From Ginkgo biloba (taxonomy: Eukaryota > Plantae > Ginkgophyta): a stretch of 26,281 nt of DNA. The DNA is taken from positions 17,880,452-17,906,732 of the forward strand of contig JANKJI020000002.1 of NCBI GenBank assembly GCA_024626585.2, read 5' to 3'. This document shows positions 13,034 to 23,986 of the stretch, one piece after another. The position numbers and the translations under genes are program-made. The first letter of the stretch is position 1. Every line of letters begins with the position of its first letter. The notes below the pieces were generated by a model, which was given only the letters and a program-made list of their open reading frames with translations, had not been told where the DNA came from and made no database searches.

Positions 13034-13360
13034 CGTAGACTGCACATGTTGCGCGTTCAGTGTATTAGGGCGCCAGGGGTATTCCTGTCCATATTTGTCA
13101 TGTTAATGCACTAATCTTCTTTGACTGTATGGGCAACGTACGTACATGATGTAGACACATGGATGTCGGTGTCGTGCGGAATGATTAATAAATATGTGAG
13201 TCAATGTCCAACACAGTCAAATTAAAAGATATTGCGTGGTATCGGACAAGCGCGTGCCAGCTGGGGCCCTCTCCCGTCCCACTGAACCAATTTGCGCAGC
13301 TTTGTACAATTATTCTATCGAAGAAAAAAAGAGCAAAACGGGGACCCTACGTTCCAAAAG
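13034..13360. promoter_or_regulatory. CG-retaining cis-regulatory island with W-box, CGCG-box, TGTCGG and TCP-like motifs
   Basis: CGCGTT 13052-13057; TTGACT 13121-13126; TGTCGG 13164-13169; AGTCAA 13199-13204 and 13215-13220; CGCGTG 13251-13256; GGGGCCC 13263-13269; GTCCCAC 13276-13282; GGGACC 13341-13346. CG is frequent here and rare in the flanking TE DNA. Confidence 0.5.
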
Positions 13361-15140
13361 ATTTTTTGTTTTTTTTGTTTTGGTGGGGGGGGGTAATACC
13401 CAAATTTCTGTTTTTGTTTTGTTGTTGTTGTTGGATAAATTGTCCCTTTCCAAGGAAAGACACATGGGATTAACACAAATTGAGCGATTCATTTCAAATG
13501 GCATATCATTCATTCTTGACCTATATTTCTACTTTTAATCTTTATATTTACACTTCGTGTTAAAAGAGCAAAGGTACTCACCATCACATGACTCTTGTTC
13601 TCTTTTTTCAAGCCTTAGTTGTGGTGGTCATGCTTAAAAAATGATTCCATCATTGGACAAGTTTTTAAAAGCTCAATGTATTCTTGCGAGTTAAAATTGA
13701 ACTTGAAAACCATGGTCTTCATCCACCTATTTATCTTCCTGGAGAAGAATATCCATGCCTACTTCAACAAATCATTACCTTGAGACTTGGTCTCAACTTT
13801 CAATATATTATATATCAAAAAGAAGTTTTGAATTATCATGCATGCTTGAAGAATCAAGTAATACTAAAGTGTGTTAAGATTAATATTCACTCTATTATGC
13901 CTTTATGCAAGAAGGTTCCATTATTTTCTTATTGATAAAGGCCACCTTAGTAACAAGGTCAAATTTGGATGATTTATAATCTACTATGTCAAAGTAGTTT
14001 GGTGTGGGTAACTATCAAGCAAATGTGTCATAGTGTAAGTTGTTGCATATTAGAATATTTTGCTAAATATTATGGTATGCAACCTACTTCTTTCGTGTTT
14101 ATTGTGGTGTGCAAACATGTGCAAGTTACCATTTTATTTTCTCTCTAAACTTTATATATATGTGTATCAAACTAGTGATAACTCCTAAATTTGCTATTTA
14201 GAATGTGTAGATATCCATTAGAGTAAAAGCATGATTCTATGTATGTCATTATTCNNNNNNNNNNNNNNNNNNNNNNNNNNNNNNNNNNNNNNNNNNNNNN
14301 NNNNNNNNNNNNNNNNNNNNNNNNNNNNNNNNNNNNNNNNNNNNNNNNNNNNNNAAATTCCCCTTGATCAACATTCTCACTATTAACCTTATGCATTCAC
14401 CTTTTTTTGGTTGATTTTTATTATTTTTTATGGCCTAGGGAATCTTATTTTCTCCTCCATCATTTCTTTGTGGGTAGAGTGTCCTCCTTTTTATTTTTCT
14501 TCGCTCCCTAGTTTCCCCTTCGTCCCTCTATTCTCTCGGTCATGTTTCCCTTCATTTCCCTTGTTGAAGGTCATTCCTACTCTTAATGTATGCTTGTGGG
14601 CCTCTTCCTCTTCCTAGCTCACCTTGCATCCCTGTGGCCTTTTGTCCTTTCCTATAACCTTGTAGTTCTCCCTTATTCACTTCCTTGAGATACCATCACC
14701 ACACAACCCTACCATAGTCACTATGACCTTGCACAGTCCATTGGGAGTTTCTCTTGCACACAAAAATGCCAAATGGTGGGAAACAATTAAAGAACTAAAA
14801 ATTAAATAAAATTAATTCTTTAACTAAATCCCTAAGTTGGGAATTAAAAATTTTAAATCTTATTTCATTAAGCACCCTCACCTCTTGGCCCTGGTCACGT
14901 GGAATTTCATTAAAATCATGGTTTAGAACTTTAAAAAGGTAAATTCTTGTCAAGAGCATGTTCTTAACTCAATGAAGAGCCATTTTTATTTTTGAGTTTT
15001 CCATGTTTTGTATCCATAAGCTTATAAAAATACTTTTCATTTAGAAGGGTTGCCCTCTCGTTTGTCTAAACATACCAACAAAAGACTCTAAAATTTTGAA
15101 CCAAGAAGAGAACTTAAATTCCATTTCCTATTTTGACTTT

Positions 15141-15290
15141 GTCTATTTGTTCAAACACCTCCATCCATTTGTCTAATGGGATTTGTCTGTTCATCTAACA
15201 AAAAGTGTCCATTTGTCTAAAGGTAGTGTCCATTTGTCCAAATGACTTTGTTCATTTATCTAATGGACACTAGTTTTCCTATCTAACGAG
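15141..15290. repeat. Degenerate 21-22 bp tandem repeat (core gtccatttgtctaa), possibly the subterminal array of a DNA transposon
   Basis: Cores start at 15141, 15163, 15185, 15207, 15228 and 15250 (spacing 22,22,22,21,22). Confidence 0.7.
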
Positions 15291-16129
15291 CATTAGGCCC
15301 TCTTGTCCCTCTCCTTATCCCCATTTTTCCCCAATCTACAATAACATAAGTTCATTTAATAATTAAAGATTGAGGTTATTGACATGGATCTCCTCCACCG
15401 CGTGAAGGTGGGTGCATGGTGGGGATTTTTGGCGTCAACAATGTCTTTTCCCTCCTTTTGTACCCATGTGTATAAGACAGTTCATGCATGTTCCCCAATT
15501 AAAGAAAACAAATAGATTCTGTAGGTGATGATGANNNNNNNNNNNNNNNNNNNNNNNNNNNNNNNNNNNNNNNNNNNNNNNNNNNNNNNNNNNNNNNNNN
15601 NNNNNNNNNNNNNNNNNNNNNNNNNNNNNNNNNNTGTCCAATATTTTCTTGTGAAGGTTTATGCTTTTGATTTATCTTTGTCATCCTTGAGGTTGATGTT
15701 AATAGATTAGATCTTAATATCTCTTTGAAATCATAGAATAGAACATAAAAATATTTATAGGTTAAGTTGATAGAATTTCAAGGCAAGTACACATTGTTCT
15801 TAGGCTTCATAGAGTGCACTGCAGAATAGCATACATTTCTATGATATTGCATATTTGCGTGCTCTAAGAATGCACATTTTTACAATGAGACATTGATAAG
15901 AAAAAAAAAATTAGTGTACTATTTCTAAAAAATTATGCATAGTTAAGTCCTAAAATTTCACAGATAATTAACTTTCACCATTTTGAAGAGACTGCAATTA
16001 ACAAAAGGAGATTATCCCCTTAGATTTTGATGTAATAGCTTCCACAACACTTTGATAAAACCTCCAAAAGCAAGAAGGTACATCAACTCTATGAGAAAAT
16101 ATACTAGATTATAATAACAACCCAAGCAC

Positions 16130-17577
16130 CATGAAAGTGGGCAACAGGATACGAGTGCACCCAAGGATGTGACTATGCAATAAGTTACAAGTGTGAAAGA
16201 AGTGCAATAGGATGTAAGTGTGCACAAGGATGTGACTACACAAAATACTACATGTTTGTAAGAAATTATGACTACATAAGCATATATGAGTAAACTTGTG
16301 GAGGAAACTATACAACATGCCATGATGGTGCAAGTTAATATGATATAATAGGGTGATTCAACTAGTGGATAAGATGAGGCTCAAGAAAAGAAAGGAATAC
16401 CATGCTTAGAGAAAAATAAAATAGATCATACTACTCCATCAAGGTTTAATGTAGAGATACCACTTTAGATAATTCCAATTTAAATGGAATTCAAAATTTG
16501 TCAAATGATCAATTTTAAACCAATTAATTGAAAGGCATAGGTCTAATTTGATCTATAAGATAATAAGAAGGAGCATATGACTATATCAAAATAAAAGTAA
16601 TGGATATAGTACAAGTTATAGGATCTGACCAAGGAAGACATGAAAATATAGGAAGTTCATATAGGCATAGAGAATTTAATAGTGTAAGGTGTTAAAAATT
16701 TATAAGAATGAGTGTACAAAGTAGTCACCCAAAAACTAGACAACTGTAAGACAAAAAATAGAGAGTTGAAGGTTTCTCTCATGTGCTACCATGAACTAAT
16801 TCTTCAATAATCATGGGAATATAAAGTAGCTAAATGAGTAAATTAGCAAGCATAAATGAATTTAGATGAATGAAGAATACACATCCTAAAAGGAAAGATA
16901 AACCTATAAGTTATCCATAGCAAAATTTTGAATCCCACTAAGAAATACTAGAATGCCCATATTGAGACAGAGGCCAATTTCAAAGAATATAGTAACCTAT
17001 CTTGATAAATTTTTAAAATGAAATTAGACCTTATGACATGGCTAAAAGACATTAGGTAATATTATAAATACAATTTTGATCAAGAAAGTGATCTAGATTA
17101 GGAGAAACTAGAAAATATGTAGTAGTGGCCAAAGTCTAAATAATTGAAGGTCTAAGAGGAAATCATCTTTGAGAAATTAGATGATATAGGGGAAAAAAAT
17201 AGAAAACTATAGGTGAATACCAAAAAAATATATAACTATTTGGGTGCTTTAATTATCATAGAGAAAACGTCCAACATTTTGAAAGAAAATTATTAGGAGA
17301 AGAGGAAGCTCTAGATGTTGGTCCTTATTGAGATTGAAGAAAAGGACATTTTGTAAGAGGTAGAACAGAGAAAGAAAATAACAATCCAAAATACTAAGTC
17401 AATCCTTGATACTTCAAACATATTAACTAAATAGGACATCAACAAACTATTGATGGAATAAGATAAATCTCAATCACACTTATTTGTGTTTTTCAAGTCC
17501 TTAGATGTAGAGGTCGATAGATTGAGATTCTTTAGGGATTCAATATGCTTCATCATTATCAATCTTGAATTAATAGA
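16130..17577 (+). pseudogene. Long decayed purine-rich ORF (low-complexity, then coiled-coil-like), probably a retroelement accessory ORF
   Basis: The frame from 16130 reads HESGQQDTSAPKDVTMQ*VTSVKEVQ*DVSVHKDVTTQNTTCL*EIMTT*AYMSKLVEETIQHAMMVQVNMI**GDSTSG*DEAQEKKG. It has an in-frame internal duplication (16142-16180 vs 16205-16243, offset 63), and the stops are TAA/TAG. Confidence 0.4.
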
Positions 17578-19129
17578 NNNNNNNNNNNNNNNNNNNNNNN
17601 NNNNNNNNNNNNNNNNNNNNNNNNNNNNNNNNNNNNNNNNNNNNNNNNNNNNNNNNNNNNNNNNNNNNNNNNNNNNNGTTTGATAGTTGGTTGTTACTAT
17701 TATGGATTTTGATTTAGATATATTTATGAGATGTATATTATTTATAGTTATAATATCTTTGCAGTTGACATTTGATCATAGTCTCATAGGCCATTAGTTA
17801 CATATTGGGATCTAAGGGATCATTTCTTTAGGATTTCTAGATCTGTTGAGCTCAATCTTAGCCTACATACATACATAATACTTAGAATGTTATGAACTAG
17901 AGAGATAATGAAATTGGCTATTATATTCCTTAGTGTATCTTATTATTTGGTGTAAGTAGATGGGGAGGACAAACTTGGTCATATAACTCATAATGGATTT
18001 AAACTAGAGGCATTGAGATTGGACAGAGTGCTACCTTTATGACAATTGATTGCTAGGACTATTTGTTTCTTTGTATTTCATAAATAAAAACTTGGTGGGA
18101 TCCCCCTCAGATGGATTAGCATGACTAAGAAGTACAAGGAAGGAATGAGGTTTTATTAGATGAGTACATATGTTGGAGTATTGTATCATCTAGCTAGATA
18201 TCATATGTCATGCAAGTTCTAGGAGACTAAGTTATAGTTATTTCATAATGTATTGGATTTTTTAGCATTTTCACATTGTCTATCATTAGTAAATAGGAAA
18301 TATATTATCTCTAAATGATCTTAATATTATAAAATGGAACATGATTACCTAGGAATCACCATGTAATCGTAGTGATTATAAGAAAGGAGTAACATTGATC
18401 AACTTTAGTTAGTTTATTTAAGTAAACATGGTGGTTGTCACTATAGTGATATTTTATGGGACTTTAATAGAGATATTTAGTAGCTTTAGGAAATATGGAT
18501 AAGACCTCAAGATGAGTATTGTGTGATTCCATAAAGAAGAGACTAGTAAAAGTATTGTATTGAGAAAGGAGATGGAATGAACAATGTCATAGAGGCCATT
18601 ATTAGTCAAGGTTCTCCTCCTCCTATTTCATCTACTTTAGTTATGAATATATCATTGGTTAGAGGTATTAAAGTACCTCTAGAGAGTATAGGTAGTGATT
18701 CATCTTCAAGTAGTCTATGAGTGACTATTGGTGGTGATATAGGTCCCAATGTAGCATTATCTTCNNNNNNNNNNNNNNNNNNNNNNNNNNNNNNNNNNNN
18801 NNNNNNNNNNNNNNNNNNNNNNNNNNNNNNNNNNNNNNNNNNNNNNNNNNNNNNNNNNNNNNNNGGGTACACAGTACCCAATATTCATGTGTTGAATCTT
18901 TGTAGTGTGTTTGATTTCTTTATTTGCTGTGAACCTGATTCCAACTCGAACTGTAATACATGAAAACAAAGTGCTACTGCTTTTCATAAAGCAAGTACAA
19001 ATGGAGCAGTAAAAACAAAGTCAACTATCATTGTCTAAAGTTTTAGTGTGCATGGTAAACTTATTTGAGTTATATATATTCTTTATTAAGAAATGATTAA
19101 TAGCTGAAGCATGCCATTTCAAGCCCAAA

Positions 19130-20150
19130 ACATTATTTGATTTATGCTATGTTTCTTAGAGATGTCAACTCTAATTTAACTCACACCTTTTCATGGTCCA
19201 CCATCATTCTATCCTTAGAGACTATGTGTCCCAACAATCTTATAAATAGTATCACTAGTTGAAACTCATTTAAATTAAGAGAGATCCCAATCTCTCTAAA
19301 TATTTATAACATTGCACACATGTGTGAAACATGTTCCTTCATAAATCCAAATATGGACTAGTCATTTAAATAAATCTCAAGGAATTTATGAATAAAGTCT
19401 TTAAATACTATGGTGATTATGCAAGAAAATGTCATTAGTGTATTTGTCAACCCAAATGGCATGAATATTTATATGTAAAAGCCCCACTTAGTGGTAAAAG
19501 TTACTTTCAACTAGTCATCTAGGTATAGCTAAAACTTATTATACTCGAAGAAGTCATCAGTGAAGGAATACATTTATCTTTTTGTAACACTTTCCAACAC
19601 TTCGTCAATGAATGTTATTGGAAATGGGTCCTTCTTTATCACACTATCCAACTTACAGAAGTTGACACATATCCTTAATTTTCCATTCTTCTTCTTTACC
19701 ACCATAATTGGCAAAACCCATTCACTCATATATACTAGATATATATAGCTATAATCTAGGATCTTATCAATTTCGTCTCAAACTGCCTTCTTATATTTAG
19801 GATTTATCCTATAAGGTCTCTTCCTTAAAGGTTTTTCATTTTCCTCTAATTCAATTCTTAGTTGACAAATTTATAGAGGAATTCCTTTAAGGTATTTGTA
19901 TGTCCATGTGAAGACATCTTCATATTCTTTAAAAATTTCTTGAGCCATTGAAACTATATTTTTATCCCAATAATCACCTACTTTAATGGTGTGATCTTCT
20001 TTACCTTCAACCAATTGAAGAGTATGTGTCTTATATGGTCTTTGGTTGAGTTTGTTTGCATCTTCCAACACTGACTTTTCATAGATTTCATAGTGTTTTA
20101 CTTCTTCCCTTAGAAAGTTCTCAGGGATCAATTGACTATCCTCATAGGTC
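19130..20150 (-). mobile_element. Ty3/gypsy reverse transcriptase pseudogene, non-chromoviral (Tat/Athila 'OTA'-type)
   Basis: The minus strand reads VGDYWD..EYEDVFTWTYKYLKGIP..RIEL..KPLRKRPYRINPKYK..EIDKILD..SEWVLPIMVVKKKNGKLRICVNFCKLDSVIKKDPFPITFIDEVLESV..YSFTDDFFEYNK..VTFTTKWG..MPFGLTN..FKDFIHKFLEIYLND*SIFG..GISLNL..LLGHIVSKD..VDHEKV. The catalytic YLDD is mutated to YLND at 19361-19372. Confidence 0.93.
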
Positions 20151-21188
20151 TATGTCATTTTAAAATTCTTAAATTCCTATGCTTTCCATTAAGGAGAAAA
20201 GTATGTCGAACAAAATTATAAAATGTTAGAGGAAATTATAAAGAATAGATAAATTTATAAAAATATAATAATTCCCAACTCTAAGTTCATCAAGAAGCAT
20301 AATTTAAGATGATTTGACCATTTTCATGATGAAAGATAAACTCTGAAGTACATGGGAATATCCATATAATAAATTTTTAGAATCCAATAATAAAATGACA
20401 AAAGTATTGCTTCTCTAAATGAATAATTTAGAAAAGTTTAGGAAAAGGTAGCCAAATGCTAATTATTAGCCCTTAAAATTTTCTACGGTACACACTATGG
20501 GAGTGTAGATTGGATCTTATGGAATTGTAAGATAAGGTAGTGTTTCGATTTCATTATAAACTCATAAAATCTCTATGAATTTAAAAGAATAGTGAATCAT
20601 ACTTGATAACAAAACCGAAGTAAATACACTATCTACTTTTCTTTATCATTTATAAGCAAGTTTCCATTTCTCAAAATGCCAACATGGGTGTCATGACTAA
20701 GGGAAATGATTTATTTTCCTAAGAATATAAATATAGAATTATTTTGTATTAGGTCCACTTATACTTCGATAAGAAAATTAGCCATGCAAATACAAATTTA
20801 ATGTAGAATATAGCTTCTTATCACATAGATTTAGCTACATCTTAACCTTTTTAACCATGTGTACATCCTTTTCATATGTGCAATACCCATAAAGATTGAT
20901 GCACTCTAGGTTGGCTCAAGAGAAAAATATATTATGGAGATTTACATGCATGTGCTTTACACCAACACACTAGAAGACAACTTTGCAAGTAGGAGAAACC
21001 ACAAAAAGTAAGGGAAAAAAAGCCTCAAATAAGGAATGAAGACTTTACATTCATATAAAAGGAGAATTTCATTTAATTATTATTCATATTCAAAACACAA
21101 AAATAAACAATTCAGTTTAGTAACAAAATAAGTATTACTTCCACTCTTCTAAAGTTTTAAGATTGGCCATTTTTTCTGGCAAGCAAGA

Positions 21189-21351
21189 GAGGTTAATATC
21201 TTTGTTCGTTTTGAGAGGGTACATCCAATGAAAGCAATGTGCTCTTTTGTTATGTACTTTTTACCTTAGTTCGAGGTTAATATCTTTATTCATTCTGAGA
21301 GGGTACATCCAATAAAAGCAATGTGCTCTTTTGTTATATACTTTTTACCTT
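21189..21351. repeat. Tandem direct duplication with an 84-bp period (2 copies)
   Basis: gaggttaatatcttt...ttttacctt starts at 21189 and again at 21273. There are five substitutions over 79 aligned bases, all transitions. Confidence 0.95.
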
Positions 21352-21462
21352 CATTTAATTTGCCTTCCCTTGATGAAGATCACCTAAAGAGAAAACACAA
21401 TGGCCTCATACACTAGATTCTAAACTATGGCTATCAAGAATCAAATTTGATGGATAAGGTCA

Positions 21463-21929
21463 TCCTTCATTGTAAAGAGTTATTTGTATTATAAATTGTC
21501 AAATAAAATATTAATGATAATATTTTCCTTCAAACTATAATTAGAGATATATAATTAAGCCATGAACTTAAAAATTTNNNNNNNNNNNNNNNNNNNNNNN
21601 NNNNNNNNNNNNNNNNNNNNNNNNNNNNNNNNNNNNNNNNNNNNNNNNNNNNNNNNNNNNNNNNNNNNNNNNNNNNNNNNNNNNNNNNNNNNNNNNNNNN
21701 NNNNNNNNNNNNNNNNNNNNNNNNNNNNNNNNNNNNNNNNNNNNNNNNNNNNNNNNNNNNNNNNNNNNNNNNNNNNNNNNNNNNNNNNNNNNNNNNNNNN
21801 NNNNNNNNNNNNNNTCCTTCCTTGCGAAGAGTTATTTGTATTATAAATTGTCAAATAAAATATGATTGATAATATTTTCATTCAAACTATAATTAGAGAT
21901 ATATAATTAAGCTATGAATTTGAAAATTT
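21463..21929. repeat. 115-bp direct repeat on both sides of the N-gap 21578-21814
   Basis: 21463-21577 aligns without gaps to 21815-21929 with about 9 mismatches. Confidence 0.9.
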
Positions 21930-22390
21930 ATTCATAAGATGCCTTTAACAAAAAAATCTTTTGTTGTGTAAGCTTAAAAAAATTGGAACCCTTCAATGTA
22001 AAATATAATGGCTTTTGAAAGGGCATTGGAGTATCCAAATTTGATCGATCGCACAAGACAAGGCTAACAACGAAAACTCCAATGCATAGGGAGGTTCTTC
22101 CACGCAGGCTTTTACTCAAATGCTAGGACAAAGGCTGTAGGCTTTTACTCATGCGAAGATAGCACACCATATACTCATGTCAGAATTCGGATATATTTTC
22201 TATCTTATACACACATTGTTTCATTCCATTGGCACTATTTCAGTCTATAGCATTTTCCATCTTCACATATGGGTACACACCAGATTGATTGCCAGTATTT
22301 TTCCATCAATTCATAAACATATATTTGGTCACTATGGTCTCTTTCATTGCTCATTAACTTTACAAACACATGTCCCTTAATTTTTCACAG

Positions 22391-22514
22391 ATACCGACAC
22401 AAACAGGAGAGTGAAATACCAGTTGCATTTCGTAAGACTCTGGAATTTCATCCTTCTCATGTGGTTGCTTCTCCTGTTCATGTTGTGCCAATGGATCAGA
22501 GCTTTGACTCTTAG
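22391..22514 (+). CDS. Candidate terminal coding exon of an unidentified gene
   Basis: The acceptor taatttttcacAG ends at 22390. After 1 nt there is an open frame YRHKQESEIPVAFRKTLEFHPSHVVASPVHVVPMDQSFDS* (TAG 22512-22514). CG/CAG/CTG are retained. No upstream exon was identified and the peptide is not recognised. Confidence 0.3.
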
Positions 22515-23239
22515 AATGAACATTTGACTCTATAACTTAACATTTGAATCGAATGAACATAATATTTATCTCATACATCCTCCTGTAATGCTCTGATTAA
22601 CCATAGTGATAATTACGATGATTTAAGATTCCAAGGTTAGCAAGCACATCATTTGCACATTTGGCTGAAGTGGTATGTACATCAAAGTATTCTACATTTT
22701 TCATTGGGATTAAATAGCCTTCGGTAGCACTCATTCAAGGTGCTAATTGGACGATTTTAACGGGTATGTCAGAGGATTTAAAAGCCAACGTAGTAGGCAA
22801 AGATATCATATTGGATCTGATCACATGGTCAATTTATGACCAGATATAATATCACGTAATGTTGCATTAGGAGCAAAGGGCGTCGTTGGATTATTCCATA
22901 AAAGAAAGGAAGGATGCCGCAGGAATAAATTAAGGTTGGAAGTAGTGGGAAGCTCTGGCTTAAATCAGATATCCATATCTTTAAAGCTAGACACAGACAT
23001 TTAGACAGTAAAGCAATTAGAAATATGCAGATCAATGTTGATAGGGCCTTTTTAACTCTTCAAATGCCCCCTATGCTTCTTTGCCCCCTTTGAATGCATC
23101 CTTCTTCTTAGATCGATCATACGTGTTGTTATAATTGCANNNNNNNNNNNNNNNNNNNNNNNNNNNNNNNNNNNNNNNNNNNNNNNNNNNNNNNNNNNNN
23201 NNNNNNNNNNNNNNNNNNNNNNNNNNNNNNNNNNNNNNN

Positions 23240-23986
23240 TGAGACTTGTGGTAAAATTCTACTTGAAATTTGTTAGAACAAAGGATTGCCCTTTTTGCTG
23301 TAAAAAAGAGATATGCGTGCATCTATTCTGGGAGTGCATATTTAGAAAGGCTCTTGGACTAGAATATCTTTTGCATTTTAGTTACTGGTTCTCTAGAAAC
23401 CTTTCATGCAAAATTTTGATGTTTGGGGATACCTTTTCTTACCTTGAAGATCTTAGAGGTTCGTGGAAAATTATTACAGATTCCTTCTGATGGTCCATCT
23501 AGAACACGAGAGCTTATGTGATTTTTAATGATATCATTGCTACTAGATGTAGTATTTTTTACCATCAGTTTACTAATCTTATTCTTTAATAGATGCGGGC
23601 TGTTTTAGATGAGATTGAAGTGATAGGTTGAAGTTATTGTTCATGTAGATGTCCTCATTCTTTGCTAATTGGAACCAACTCCCCAATGTCAGAAGGCAGC
23701 CGATTGCTAATCCGACATTTGGCAATAGCCTCAATACAATGCCCAGTCGTCCCTTCTAGTTAAGATTTGGCTCAAGAAACTTCTAACATGGAGGTCGAGA
23801 AGGCCCCAATAATAGTTCAATTTCTACTAGTGGGGAAGGAGAGGACTCTAGAGGATTAGGAAGAAAGCTTCTCTAAATGAGCCAACATAAACTAAGAGGA
23901 AGTGTTATTTAGCCACCCACTAGGGGGCTTTGGTGTACTCATTAATTTTTATTGTTAATAATATGCAATATATTTCAACCAAAAAA
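23240..23986 (+). mobile_element. L1-type LINE 3' end (ORF2 zf-RVT/CCHC region, 3' UTR, short poly-A)
   Basis: Reads KDCPFCCKKEICVHLFWEC (Cx2C...E..HLF..C), followed by WKIITDSF*WSI*NTRAYVIFND, which corresponds to the W-x-I-W-x-x-R-N-x-x-I-F motif. It ends ...taataatatgcaatatatttcaaccAAAAAA. The 5' side is cut by a gap. Confidence 0.85.

Noticed and set aside
11921-13114. Four long ORFs (332-374 aa) in the ORF track
   Set aside because: They are almost entirely X, read through the 981-N gap. The same artefact explains the other X-containing ORFs.
13361-13432. G-run/TTTTG tract resembling the reverse complement of 24660-24712 (possible long-range TIR pair)
   Set aside because: The similarity is limited to low-complexity sequence and does not extend into the flanks.
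13684-13935. 83-aa ORF, and a minus-strand donor-like ATG|GTGAGT near 13580
   Set aside because: The ORF has a non-ATG start and no recognisable domain, and the minus-strand frame has a stop before the donor.
16012-16333. Hydrophobic minus-strand ORFs (103 and 74 aa)
   Set aside because: They are antisense shadows of a decayed purine-rich plus-strand ORF and have no domain.
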